Assembly (NCBI GenBank): GCA_035561555.1
Contig: DATMXL010000205.1
Span: 1 to 51,919, forward strand
DNA: 51,919 nucleotides
Direction: 5' to 3'
Origin: Bellilinea sp.
Lineage (GTDB): Bacteria; Chloroflexota; Anaerolineae; Anaerolineales; Anaerolineaceae
Of this stretch, positions 29,939 to 39,556 are shown one piece after another (position 1 is the stretch's first letter; every line of letters begins with the position of its first letter). The translations under genes were made by a program, and so were the position numbers. The notes beneath the pieces are model-generated. The model did no database searches and was not told the origin of the DNA. It worked only from the letters and a program-made list of their open reading frames with translations.

Positions 29939-31126
29939 CTAGTTGACGGCTGATTTGGCTGCTGCGGCCAATTCCATTTTAATCTCTCCAAACACCCGTT
30001 CGTATTCTTGTGCGACGGATAATGGTTCATAACGTATCTGAATCGGTTGTGGATCGCGAACAAAGGTTGAGCGATTCTGCAGGATTTCGAGCACAGTTTC
30101 CGCCAGAGCACCCGCATCCCCAACCGGAAAAGTTTTTCCCATGCCGTGCATCGTCACGGGTTGACGCACCCCGGGTAAATCGGATACAGCTACGGGTACG
30201 CCTTCGAACATGGCTTCGACCTGTACAATGCCAAAGGATTCAGTAGAGTTCAGCGAGGGTAAGACCAGCACATCCAGGTTAGCATAGAATGCCGCCATCT
30301 CCTCGTCCGAGATCACACCCAGGAATTTCCAGTTGCCCGACTGTTCGTAACCTTTTATGCGTGGATACAGGCGGTTGAAATAGGCTTCCTCGCCGATCAC
30401 GTTTTTATAGGCGCCAACGAACTCAATGATGGCTTGGGGGTACACCTCCAAGATATGTGGAAGTGCATCCAATAGAACTTCCACCCCTTTTTCAGTCGCA
30501 AAGCGGGATGCCATCCCAATCACCGGCTGTCGTTCAGCAGCATTATATTTCTGTGAAAAAGACTGCTTTTGTGCTGACGAAACCGGAGGTAAAGAAACCG
30601 GCGGAGAAATGATATCGAGCTTTGGCAGGTAGCGCTGCAGAAATGGCGAGTTTTCTGCATAATCACGGGTATTTGTAACAATGCGGTGAGCGAATCGAGC
30701 CGCGAGTTCATTCATCAGCTTGATAGCCAGATTGGCAGCCTTACTGAGCAACCCGGGAGGCATCAGCAGATCGCAGTGGTAGGTGATGATGGTAGGTTTT
30801 TTCCATAACCGGCCGCGTAGTGCCACCCCGGCGGCATCGAACTGCGGCAAATGCAGCTGAATCACGTCGTTTTCGCGCACCAAACGGGTTGCCATCCGGC
30901 CAAATTGCGGCATGACCACGCCTTTGCTCACCCGAAATGCCACCGGCACCCGCACTACTTTCACGCCATCGACCGTTTCCTCCAGTGGTAAATTTTTTGA
31001 ATATTGCGAGGTCATGACCGTCACCTGATGCCCGCGTTTGGCCAAGGCTTTCGCCATCCTTTCGGCATAGATGGTCAGCCCCGAGGCGTGCGGCCGATAA
31101 TAGGTCAATACAATGAGAATACGCAT
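29939..31126 (-). CDS. Glycosyltransferase family 4 (GT-B)
   Basis: MRILIV start, RFATEKG, LPS..STESFGIVQVEAM..GVPV (EX7E motif); start moved to ATG 31126. Confidence 0.93.
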   Translation of the reverse strand: MRILIVLTYYRPHASGLTIYAERMAKALAKRGHQVTVMTSQYSKNLPLEETVDGVKVVRVPVAFRVSKGVVMPQFGRMATRLVRENDVIQLHLPQFDAAGVALRGRLWKKPTIITYHCDLLMPPGLLSKAANLAIKLMNELAARFAHRIVTNTRDYAENSPFLQRYLPKLDIISPPVSLPPVSSAQKQSFSQKYNAAERQPVIGMASRFATEKGVEVLLDALPHILEVYPQAIIEFVGAYKNVIGEEAYFNRLYPRIKGYEQSGNWKFLGVISDEEMAAFYANLDVLVLPSLNSTESFGIVQVEAMFEGVPVAVSDLPGVRQPVTMHGMGKTFPVGDAGALAETVLEILQNRSTFVRDPQPIQIRYEPLSVAQEYERVFGEIKMELAAAAKSAVN

Positions 31127-31148
31127 GGGAAGCCCGTCAGCCGTCTGC

Positions 31149-32159
31149 TCAGGCTGCGCTCTTGCGTTCCTGCAGCTGCCGGAAAATGCCTGAGATGGAC
31201 CCGCCCTGCCGCACCAGACCAATTAATCCCAGTACTCCAGTGACCGCGATTTGTATAAAATGTACGGTTATTCCATACGCCAAAGCGGAGGTCTGGTCGA
31301 TGCCCAGGATAGACAGTGCTCCCAGAATGGCTGCCTCGAACGTTCCCAGCGATGCTGGTGCCGAAGGGATGGCGATGCCCAATGCCAGGACGGCATCAGT
31401 AAACAGGCCCCACCAGAATGGCGCCGAAGGTGCCAAAGCCAACAAGCTGATGTAATACGTAAATACAGCAGCCAACCAGGAAAGTAAAATCAAGCCAACC
31501 ACGGTTAAAAACCGGCGTGGATTGGTCAGCGGTGCCATGCCGGAAAGCAATGAACGCACCTGCGGCGCGATCCACTTCCCCATCCATTTCCAACGGCTGC
31601 CAAGATTTTCGATCCAGGTGCTGACCTTGTCATGGTTTCGCGCCATAAAATACAATCCTGCCAGAGCAGCTACCACGATCACCAGCATCAGGATGGCGAC
31701 TGGCTTTGCCCAGGCCATTTCCAGCGCCAGCGGCAAGGTTGCCAGCATCATACTGGCTGCGATGGCGATATCCAGCGCACGTTCGATAATGATGCTGGAC
31801 AGGATTTGAGCCGCCGGCAGCCCGGTTTTTTGCCCTAAAAGGACTGCCCGGCCAAATTCACCCAGCCGAAATGGAAAAATGTTATTGAGCAGGTATCCCT
31901 GATTAATCGCCCAAAAAGCATCACTCAGCCGTGGAACTCCATTGAGCATATAGCGGGAAGCTACCGCACGCAATCCAAGGAAGATGAGCGTAAACACAAC
32001 CATGGCGGTAATATGCAGCCAGGAAAAACGCTGCAAAGCCGGACCCAGGTCTTCCCACTGCGCCAGTTTTAAAACGAAGAAAATGGCGACCAGGCTGATA
32101 ATGACACCCGGCAGCCAGCGCAGCGTTTGCTTCCAGGTAAACGCTTTCGAGGTTTTCAA
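31149..32159 (-). CDS. Lysylphosphatidylglycerol synthase TM-domain / UPF0104 flippase-like membrane protein
   Basis: [38 protein letters not shown] motifs; about 8 TM; TTGA overlap with lepA stop. Confidence 0.85.
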   Translation of the reverse strand: MKTSKAFTWKQTLRWLPGVIISLVAIFFVLKLAQWEDLGPALQRFSWLHITAMVVFTLIFLGLRAVASRYMLNGVPRLSDAFWAINQGYLLNNIFPFRLGEFGRAVLLGQKTGLPAAQILSSIIIERALDIAIAASMMLATLPLALEMAWAKPVAILMLVIVVAALAGLYFMARNHDKVSTWIENLGSRWKWMGKWIAPQVRSLLSGMAPLTNPRRFLTVVGLILLSWLAAVFTYYISLLALAPSAPFWWGLFTDAVLALGIAIPSAPASLGTFEAAILGALSILGIDQTSALAYGITVHFIQIAVTGVLGLIGLVRQGGSISGIFRQLQERKSAA

Positions 32160-33958
32160 TCCTCCCCCAGACGCAAAATGGCCATGAAAGCCTCCTGTGG
32201 TATTTCCACATTCCCAACCATCTTCATGCGTTTTTTACCGCGTTTTTGCTTTTCCAGCAGTTTCTTTTTGCGGGTAATGTCGCCGCCGTAGCACTTGGCT
32301 AACACGTCTTTGCGCAGCGCTTTAACGTTGGCGCGCGAGATGATGCGTCCATCCGCTGAAGCCTGAATGGCAACGTCGTACATTTGCCGTGGAATCAACT
32401 CCTTCAATTTGGTCACCAACGCTTGACCTTTATGGTAAGCGTCCTCCTTGTGAACGATGCTTGCCAGCGCGTCCACCTGCTCCCCGCCCACCAGTACTTC
32501 CAATTTGGTCAGGTTTCCCGGTCGGTAATCCGCCAGATGGTAATCCATGGAGGCGTAGCCGCGGCTGCGAGATTTGAGGTCATCGAAGAAATCCACAATC
32601 AACTCGGACAGGGGGATTTCATAGCTTAGCTGCACCCGATTCGGCGCCGGGTAATCCTGTTCTTTGAAGATGCCGTGTCTCTTTTTGGCCAATTCCATGA
32701 TGGTCCCGTAATATTCAGTTGGGGTGATGATCTGCAGCACCATCCATGGTTCGCGGATTTCAACAATGGTACCCGGGTCTGGCAGCAGTGCCGGCGAGTC
32801 GATCCGGATTGTTTCTTCGTTAATCAATGCAATTTCGTATTCGACCGAGGGTGCGGTAACCACAATATCCAGGTCGTATTCGCGTTCCAGCCGCTCCTGG
32901 ATGATTTCCATGTGGAACAATCCGAGGAACCCGCAGCGGAACCCGAAGTTAAGTGCCTGCGACTTCTCTGGGTCATATACCAGCGATGCATCATTCAATT
33001 GCAGCTTTTCGAGCGCCTCGCGTAGATTTCCGTAGTCATCGCCATCCACCGGATAAATGCCGGCAAAAACCATTGGTTTGGGGTGACGAAAACCAGGCAG
33101 CGGCTCGGTAGCCAACCGGTTGGTGCTGCTGATGGTATCGCCGACGCGGCATTCAGCCACTGTTTTCAGTCCAGTCGCCACATAACCCACATCGCCCGGC
33201 AGCAGTTCTTTGACCGGTTTCATCGTCGGCGAGAAGATGCCAATTTCCACCGGCCGCACATCCGAGAAGGTGGACATCATCCGCAATGAATCCCCCGACT
33301 GAATTTGCCCCTCGACGACTCGAATATATGCCACCACCCCTTTATACGAGTCGTAATGTGAGTCAAAAATCAAGGCGCGCAAGGGCAAATCCGGGTCGCC
33401 ATTCGGGTGCGGGACGTTTTTTACGACCGATTCCAACACCAGGTCAACGTTAATCCCCTCTTTGGCAGAGATCGCAATTATCTTCCCAGGATCGACACCC
33501 AATAAACTATGGATATCTTTGGCTACTTCTTCCGTGCGAGCAGACGGCAGATCGATCTTATTGATCACTGGCAGGATGGTCAGATCGGCTTCCAGCGCCA
33601 GATACAAATTTGCCAGGGTTTGCGCTTCGATACCCTGCGTCGCATCCACCACCAGAATCGCGCCCTCACAGGCTAATAGCGCCCGGCTGACCTCGTAACC
33701 GAAGTCAACATGCCCCGGGGTATCGATCAGGTTGAGTTCGTACTCAATTCCATCCCGAGCCGCATACTTCATTCTCACCGCAGAGGCTTTGATTGTCACG
33801 CCTTTTTCGCGTTCCAGATCCATGCTGTCGAGCACCTGTTCCACCATATCTCGGTCAGAGATGGTGCCGGTTAACTGTAGCATGCGATCCGCCAGGGTCG
33901 ATTTCCCATGGTCGATGTGCGCGATTATGCAGAAGTTACGGATTAATTCTGTGCCCAT
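32156..33958 (-). CDS. lepA: Translation elongation factor 4 (LepA)
   Basis: [61 protein letters not shown]; start moved to ATG 33958. Confidence 0.98.
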   Translation of the reverse strand: MGTELIRNFCIIAHIDHGKSTLADRMLQLTGTISDRDMVEQVLDSMDLEREKGVTIKASAVRMKYAARDGIEYELNLIDTPGHVDFGYEVSRALLACEGAILVVDATQGIEAQTLANLYLALEADLTILPVINKIDLPSARTEEVAKDIHSLLGVDPGKIIAISAKEGINVDLVLESVVKNVPHPNGDPDLPLRALIFDSHYDSYKGVVAYIRVVEGQIQSGDSLRMMSTFSDVRPVEIGIFSPTMKPVKELLPGDVGYVATGLKTVAECRVGDTISSTNRLATEPLPGFRHPKPMVFAGIYPVDGDDYGNLREALEKLQLNDASLVYDPEKSQALNFGFRCGFLGLFHMEIIQERLEREYDLDIVVTAPSVEYEIALINEETIRIDSPALLPDPGTIVEIREPWMVLQIITPTEYYGTIMELAKKRHGIFKEQDYPAPNRVQLSYEIPLSELIVDFFDDLKSRSRGYASMDYHLADYRPGNLTKLEVLVGGEQVDALASIVHKEDAYHKGQALVTKLKELIPRQMYDVAIQASADGRIISRANVKALRKDVLAKCYGGDITRKKKLLEKQKRGKKRMKMVGNVEIPQEAFMAILRLGED

Positions 33959-34032
33959 ACCGCGGATAGTATAACCCATATTTCTCTTCCACAAACGCCT
34001 GATGTTACCTGCCAGCCGGTGTACTTGGTCTT

Positions 34033-34075
34033 AAAACAAAACCGTGGATTTCAACCTGACGGCAAAAATCCACGG
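34033..34075 (-). terminator. Rho-independent terminator after the CpaE-like gene
   Basis: 10-bp stem CCGTGGATTT/AAATCCACGG with 14-nt loop, followed on the minus strand by TTTTGTTTT. Confidence 0.75.
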
Positions 34076-34095
34076 AGCGATATTCTCAGTATTTT

Positions 34096-35346
34096 TTATG
34101 CGGTCACAAACAAACGCATTCGCGGTTCTTCGCTCTTCTCCAGGTTCTCGATCTTCTTGACGATCTGGTCTGCCAGCGTTTTTATCGCCTTGGCGTAGGC
34201 TGAATCCCGGCTCGAGCGCATAATGGGTTGTCCCAACGCGTCAGCCTTGCGTGCGGCTTCATCATCTTCTGGCAAAACGCTGTTGACCTGGAATTTCAGC
34301 CGTTCGCCGACCAGGTCAGTGTTGATCGGACTGTTCGGGTCATGGCGGGTGAGGACCAAATGGATCCGGTCTTTGGCCATCCCAAAAGCGCCCCACAGGT
34401 CGAGGAATAGCCGTGTATTTCGAATGGCGTTGATGGATTGCGCCGTTACCAGCACCACCACCTCACCTGCGTCCAGTGCTGCCAGTACCGCATCCGATAG
34501 ATAACTGTCAGTATTGAGGATGACATAGTCGTAATGCTTTCGCATAAACTCCAGCACGCGTGCAAACGCCTCACCGGTAATCTTCTCGGCGAATTCAGGC
34601 CGCGGGGGAGCAGGCATGATCGATATACCGGTGGCGCGGTTGAACAGCATCACATTCTCAATCATATCGATGTCTAATTCAAATACTCTTGGTATCAGGT
34701 CCATAACCGATGTTTGCCCAAGCTCATTGAACATCAAGTGAATGTCGCCATACTGCATGCTGCCGTCGACGATGACCACCCGTGCATCCCGCTCACGTTC
34801 CGTTAGCGCCAGAGCTAAATTGGCAGCTACCGTCGTTGTGCCGATGCCGCCTTTAGCGCTGTACACGGCTATAATTTTTCCGGTCGGTTCGGCTTGAACT
34901 GGTTTTTTGTGCTCCGATACTTGAATGCTGGCAAATGCCGATTGTTTGGTGCGGTCCTGGGTAGCCAGGGTTGCAGCCCGCACGATGACATCACTCAGCT
35001 CCTTGATGGAAACATCGTGGGTAATAAAGTCGCAGGCTCCGGCTCGCACAGCCTGCAGGACGATGTCGGTGTAATTATCCTGGGAAATAATAATTACCTG
35101 AGTGCCAGGATAATCCCTTCGCATAATCTCAGTCAGGTTGATTCCATTCATGTCTGGCAGATTGTATTCGACCAGCGCTACCAACGGCTTGGACTCGCGC
35201 ACCACCTCCAGTGCTTCCTGTGCTAAAAGCGACGTATTAATTAGCTCCGCCTGGTCAATGAGACCCAGTGTTTTTTGCAAATGTTTCAACAACTGGGGAT
35301 TATTTTCTACCAGCATTACCGTGATCTTGTTATGCTCGAAGCTCAT
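34096..35346 (-). CDS. Receiver-domain + MinD/ParA-like protein (CpaE/TadZ family)
   Basis: N-terminal REC-like fold (MLVENN, LVEYNLPDMNG, AGACDFI), deviant Walker A SAKGGIGTTT, QYGD, PAPPRPE, YDYVILNT; SD AGGGAGG. Confidence 0.85.
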   Translation of the reverse strand: MSFEHNKITVMLVENNPQLLKHLQKTLGLIDQAELINTSLLAQEALEVVRESKPLVALVEYNLPDMNGINLTEIMRRDYPGTQVIIISQDNYTDIVLQAVRAGACDFITHDVSIKELSDVIVRAATLATQDRTKQSAFASIQVSEHKKPVQAEPTGKIIAVYSAKGGIGTTTVAANLALALTERERDARVVIVDGSMQYGDIHLMFNELGQTSVMDLIPRVFELDIDMIENVMLFNRATGISIMPAPPRPEFAEKITGEAFARVLEFMRKHYDYVILNTDSYLSDAVLAALDAGEVVVLVTAQSINAIRNTRLFLDLWGAFGMAKDRIHLVLTRHDPNSPINTDLVGERLKFQVNSVLPEDDEAARKADALGQPIMRSSRDSAYAKAIKTLADQIVKKIENLEKSEEPRMRLFVTA

Positions 35347-35427
35347 GGGTAATCCTCCCTATTTAATTCACCGGTCGAAACGCCCGCTGAATGATCAATT
35401 TATCCCTACCCCCAACATATCAATTCC

Positions 35428-35456
35428 ATTATACAAATCCCGCTTAGCCGTGGCAA
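35428..35456 (-). promoter_or_regulatory. Sigma70-type promoter of the CpaE-like gene
   Basis: Minus strand TTGCCA, 17 nt, TATAAT. Confidence 0.7.
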
Positions 35457-35715
35457 TGGAAACGACTCTTCAATTTTGTCATGTGACTGAACCAGTTCGC
35501 TTTGTATAATAATCTTACCACAGGGTGGATTCGACCCCGGATGTTATGCGCAATTTTCAAACCATTTCCGTTTGTGATATGATGTTTTGGGTACGGTTAT
35601 TGCACCTTTTTGCACGTGTAAATTTCTTACACGGGGCCAAAGGGGGAAGATGATTACCGTTCCCCTGGCATCCTGAAGAATTTATAGGGGAATATCCGGA
35701 GAGGATATAATTGGG

Positions 35716-37473
35716 ATGACAGCGACTGGCACCTATCAAAAGAGTGAGGCCATGAAATCTGGCGGTAAATTTCTATATCCAAAAGGGATTCTAACCAAAG
35801 AAGACAGACCGGAAGCGGATCTGCCTGCCGCCTTGCCAGTTGAGACCGCGGAAGCAACCCCGAACGATAATCATGATGAAGTCGGGGCTCCAGCACCCTG
35901 GGTGCAACGTAAAATCCGTCCTGCAGTTCGGTCCATCAATGATTGGTCTGATTTACAAAAAGGCATCCGTACCTATCCTGACCGCGTGAAAAACCGCATG
36001 CGGGAGATCGAACGGCAGTTTTCGGTCTACCGTCTGTCTTATGCCAGTATCTCCTATAAATCCTCAAAAGTTGAAGATGATATTTGGGGTGTTTACAACA
36101 ATATTATCGACAATATCCCGCGCCTGGAACAAAAGACCAAAAAACGTCCGTTATTCATGTATACCAACACGGGTCTGCGAGATTTGTTCACCGCCTGGGA
36201 AAATCTCTCGTCACTTCAAGATGCTCTATCGCGTTTACTTGACCGCGGTCCGCGTAAACTGGAATTTTACAATCGCATGGTCATCTACCGCGAAGACAAG
36301 CGCCAGGTAGAGATCCAGCGCCGTCAAAACGAATCGCGGATCAATGCTGCCTATGAAGCCGTGAAAAAAGCCTTGTCTTTTGTCGAAAGACAGACCAAGG
36401 ACGATGAGCCTATTTTCTTCGGCAATGAGGTATTGACCCTCGACGACGCCAAATCGGTTTGGACGGGTACTGTTCAGGAAATTCTTAAGCTTCGCGAAAG
36501 CCGGACTGCCACCACCGAATCGATCGTCACCCGAATGCGCAGCCTTGAGGAATCGATTCGCGACTTCCCTTCCCTTTCCAAACAGGTGCAGCGGATCGGG
36601 GAACGATATCAACGTGTCATTTCTTACCATGACCTTTTGGTTTCAACCGGCAAGCGGGTGATCCCGCAGCCTGAAATTGCCCGTGCTTCGGTGATGATGT
36701 ATGAACAACTCCCCGAGCAATGGACCATCGGAAATTATGCCGAGCTAAAGGTAACCCTCGAGCGAATCGAAAACTTCCTCAATTTCTATGAAAATACCGT
36801 CGAGTTGGAAGTAGCGGTTGGCGAACGCCGCCGCTCCGGTTTTGCTCAGAACGTAGCCCCTCCCGTCCTGGCTGGAGCTGCCGGTCTTTCACCGCTCATC
36901 GGGTTGGCGCGGGTTCTGGTAGCAGCCATCGATCAACGCGACCGATTTATGGTCGGTCATTCTGAGAAAGTTGCCACCATGGCGCTCACGACCGGGCGTA
37001 AGTTGAACTGGTCTGCCACCGACCTGGAATTCCTCGAAATTGCCGCCTTGCTCCATGACATTGGCAAGCTCTCGGTGCCAGAAAGCGTCTTAACCAAAGT
37101 TAAGCCATTGACCGCCGATGAATGGAAGACTATTCAACTCCACCCCTTCTACGGCGCTCAAATCGTCAAGCAGGTCAGTCAATTCGGCCGCATTGTACCC
37201 TGGGTTTACCATCATCAGGAACAATGGGACGGGACTGGTTATCCTGAACAACTGAGTAAGCAAGAAATTCCGCAAGCCGCGTCCATCATCGCCATTGCGG
37301 AAGCCTACGCAGCCATGACAACTGGCCTGCCGTATCGCGAAGCTTTGTCGTTGGAAGCCGCTATCGAATCAATCCAGGCTGAAGCCGGCGCGCAATTTGA
37401 CCCTGAAATAGTCGAAGCCTTCGTGGAAGCTCAACAGGAAGCCGCCAAAGAAGAACCGCCAGCCGCTGAATAA
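35716..37473 (+). CDS. HD-GYP domain protein (putative cyclic-dinucleotide phosphodiesterase) with large helical N-terminal region
   Basis: GHSEKVA, LLHDIGK, HPFYGA, HHQEQWDGTGYP, FDPEIV motifs. Start could be 35716 or 35752. Confidence 0.85.
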   Translation: MTATGTYQKSEAMKSGGKFLYPKGILTKEDRPEADLPAALPVETAEATPNDNHDEVGAPAPWVQRKIRPAVRSINDWSDLQKGIRTYPDRVKNRMREIERQFSVYRLSYASISYKSSKVEDDIWGVYNNIIDNIPRLEQKTKKRPLFMYTNTGLRDLFTAWENLSSLQDALSRLLDRGPRKLEFYNRMVIYREDKRQVEIQRRQNESRINAAYEAVKKALSFVERQTKDDEPIFFGNEVLTLDDAKSVWTGTVQEILKLRESRTATTESIVTRMRSLEESIRDFPSLSKQVQRIGERYQRVISYHDLLVSTGKRVIPQPEIARASVMMYEQLPEQWTIGNYAELKVTLERIENFLNFYENTVELEVAVGERRRSGFAQNVAPPVLAGAAGLSPLIGLARVLVAAIDQRDRFMVGHSEKVATMALTTGRKLNWSATDLEFLEIAALLHDIGKLSVPESVLTKVKPLTADEWKTIQLHPFYGAQIVKQVSQFGRIVPWVYHHQEQWDGTGYPEQLSKQEIPQAASIIAIAEAYAAMTTGLPYREALSLEAAIESIQAEAGAQFDPEIVEAFVEAQQEAAKEEPPAAE

Positions 37474-37497
37474 TCGTTCAATTTACGGGGTGTTTTT

Positions 37498-37776
37498 ATG
37501 GTCAAAGTCCAACCGGTAATTCATTACGCTCCAGAAACCTGCGCATTTTGTTCTGGAAATGGCAGCGGTCGCTGTAAGGACGGAAATATCCATGATGTCT
37601 GTCCCGTTTGCAAAGGTATTGGCACCATGCTGGCAGCACAGACCGCGAAAAAATGTGCTTTCTGCTCAGGCAACGGATCTGGTCAGGCTCGGGACGGCTA
37701 TTTTTATGATCGCTGCCCTGTTTGCAAAGGATCCGGTTGGGCCTACGTCTTCGACGGTGAGATCGAGCACATATAA
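37498..37776 (+). CDS. Small stand-alone DnaJ-type zinc-finger protein (4 x CxxCxGxG)
   Basis: CAFCSGNG, CPVCKGIG, CAFCSGNG, CPVCKGSG; SD-like GGGGTG upstream. Confidence 0.75.
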   Translation: MVKVQPVIHYAPETCAFCSGNGSGRCKDGNIHDVCPVCKGIGTMLAAQTAKKCAFCSGNGSGQARDGYFYDRCPVCKGSGWAYVFDGEIEHI

Positions 37777-37822
37777 CCCGAATTATTTCTTGGCTATACG
37801 AAGCGACGGGTCTGCCCGTCCT

Positions 37823-38608
37823 TTATTCCTCGGGGAATAGCGGTCGAATAAGCTGATCAATTAATAGTGAACTTTTATTCGGATATCCCAGCCAGACCAG
37901 AAACTCGGTGTTGCCCTTCGGTCCAAATAATGGCGATTGAATCAGCCCGTGAAGCTCATACCCGGCTTCAATCGCGCTTTGCAGCACTTCCTGAAGCACT
38001 TTTTGGTGCACCAGCGGATCGCGAATGACCCCATCGCCGCGGGCTGCATCCTGCCTGCCAGCTTCAAATTGAGGTTTGATCAGCGCCACCACCTGTCCAC
38101 TTTCAACGAACCAGCCGGAAACCACCGGCAATAGTATCTTTAACGAAATAAACGACGCATCCACAGTCACGAGTTGCGGAGGCAGTGGGAGTTGCTTTAC
38201 ATGCCTGGCGTTGGTGCGTTCCATAACGGTCACCCGCTGATCCTGGCGGATTTTCCAGTGCAGGATGCCATAGCCGACATCAATAGCAAATACCTGCTTT
38301 GCACCGTGCTGCAGCAGGCAATCGGTAAATCCACCCGTCGAAGCACCTACATCCGCACAGATCCAACCCCGAAGGTCAACCAGCCCAAAAGCTTCCAAGG
38401 CAGCTTCCAGCTTTTCACCGCCCCGTGAAACGAAGCGTGGACCGTGGTCGATTACAATTTCGGCCTGCTCTTCGACTTTGTCAGCGGGTTTGAAAACCAC
38501 CTGACCGGAGACTCTGACCTGACCAGCCATCACCAGACGCTGCGCCAGACTGCGGCTTTCCACTAATCCGCGTTCAACCATCACAATGTCCAGACGATTT
38601 TTAGGCAT
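37823..38608 (-). CDS. tlyA: TlyA family rRNA (cytidine-2'-O)-methyltransferase
   Basis: S4-like RLD start, FVSRGGEKL, DVGASTGGFTDCLLQ, DVGYG, DASFISL, KPQFE, GPKGNTEF; start moved to ATG 38608. Confidence 0.95.
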   Translation of the reverse strand: MPKNRLDIVMVERGLVESRSLAQRLVMAGQVRVSGQVVFKPADKVEEQAEIVIDHGPRFVSRGGEKLEAALEAFGLVDLRGWICADVGASTGGFTDCLLQHGAKQVFAIDVGYGILHWKIRQDQRVTVMERTNARHVKQLPLPPQLVTVDASFISLKILLPVVSGWFVESGQVVALIKPQFEAGRQDAARGDGVIRDPLVHQKVLQEVLQSAIEAGYELHGLIQSPLFGPKGNTEFLVWLGYPNKSSLLIDQLIRPLFPEE

Positions 38609-38679
38609 GGGCTGATTGTAATCGGTTTTACACCCCACGAAGGACCGACGCCTGACTATAGTTACGATATAATCATTAA

Positions 38680-39549
38680 ATGCTTCGCGCCCTCATCAAA
38701 TCCATGCGTCTGCGGCAGTGGACCAAAAACGCTTTTGTGCTGGCTGCCGTAGTATTCGACCGCCAACTGGGCAACCCGCCGGCGGTCATCCGCTCTCTGG
38801 CTGGATTCTTGCTTTTCTGTCTGCTCTCAAGCAGCGTGTACTTAATTAATGACGTGGTGGATGCCCCTGCCGACCGGCAGCATCCCCAGAAGCGTAATCG
38901 GCCGATTGCTTCCGGCAAGCTGCCAGTTCCGGTCGCAATTACCGCTGCGGTCATCATCGTTTTGGTAACCATCACCGCTGCCTTTCTTTTAGCGCCCTGG
39001 TTTGGTTGGATTACCCTGGCTTACTTCCTGATAAACCTGGCCTATTCCACCTGGCTGAAACACATCCCGATTTTGGACGTTATGATTATTGCAGCCGGGT
39101 TTGTGCTGCGGGTTGCAGGTGGTGTCACATTGGTGACTGTCGAGCGCTTTTCCCCTTGGCTCTACGTGGTCACCACACTTGGCGCGCTTTTCATAGGATT
39201 TGGCAAACGACGGTCTGAATTGGCTTTGTTGGAGAAAGAAGCCAACAGCCATCGCCGGGTCTTCGATGGTTACACCATTCCCCTGCTGGATCAGTTGATT
39301 TTGATCGTATCAAGTACTACTATCGTCGCCTACAGCCTGTATACTTTTTCCGCGCCTAACCTGCCGGAAAATTACAGCATGATGTTGACCATCCCCTTTG
39401 TGCTGTACGGCGTCTTCCGCTACCTTTTCCTGATCCAGGTAAAGCAATCTGGCGGGGCACCCGAGGAATTGCTGCTCACAGATCGTCCGCTGCAGGCAGC
39501 AATTGTTCTCTGGGGGATTGCCATTTTGATCATTTTCTACCTCTTCTAG
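38680..39549 (+). CDS. Decaprenyl-phosphate phosphoribosyltransferase-like UbiA-family protein
   Basis: RLRQWTKN, YLINDVVD..ADRQHPQKRNRPIASG, LKHIPILDV, GKRRSEL, RYL motifs characteristic of the Rv3806c-like subfamily. Confidence 0.85.
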   Translation: MLRALIKSMRLRQWTKNAFVLAAVVFDRQLGNPPAVIRSLAGFLLFCLLSSSVYLINDVVDAPADRQHPQKRNRPIASGKLPVPVAITAAVIIVLVTITAAFLLAPWFGWITLAYFLINLAYSTWLKHIPILDVMIIAAGFVLRVAGGVTLVTVERFSPWLYVVTTLGALFIGFGKRRSELALLEKEANSHRRVFDGYTIPLLDQLILIVSSTTIVAYSLYTFSAPNLPENYSMMLTIPFVLYGVFRYLFLIQVKQSGGAPEELLLTDRPLQAAIVLWGIAILIIFYLF

Positions 39550-39556
39550 GTTCAAG

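Noticed and set aside
35520-35545. GGATTCGACCCC resembling a tRNA T-loop
   Set aside because: No acceptor stem, D-arm or anticodon arm can be folded around it.
35550-35680. c-di-GMP riboswitch upstream of the HD-GYP gene
   Set aside because: CAAACCATT resembles part of c-di-GMP-I, but the GNRA loop, GACGCAAAGC segment and receptor are absent; kept only as an unassigned leader.
37823-38608. TlyA as a haemolysin/virulence gene
   Set aside because: Motifs are those of the S4 + FtsJ-type rRNA methyltransferase; nothing supports a toxin role.
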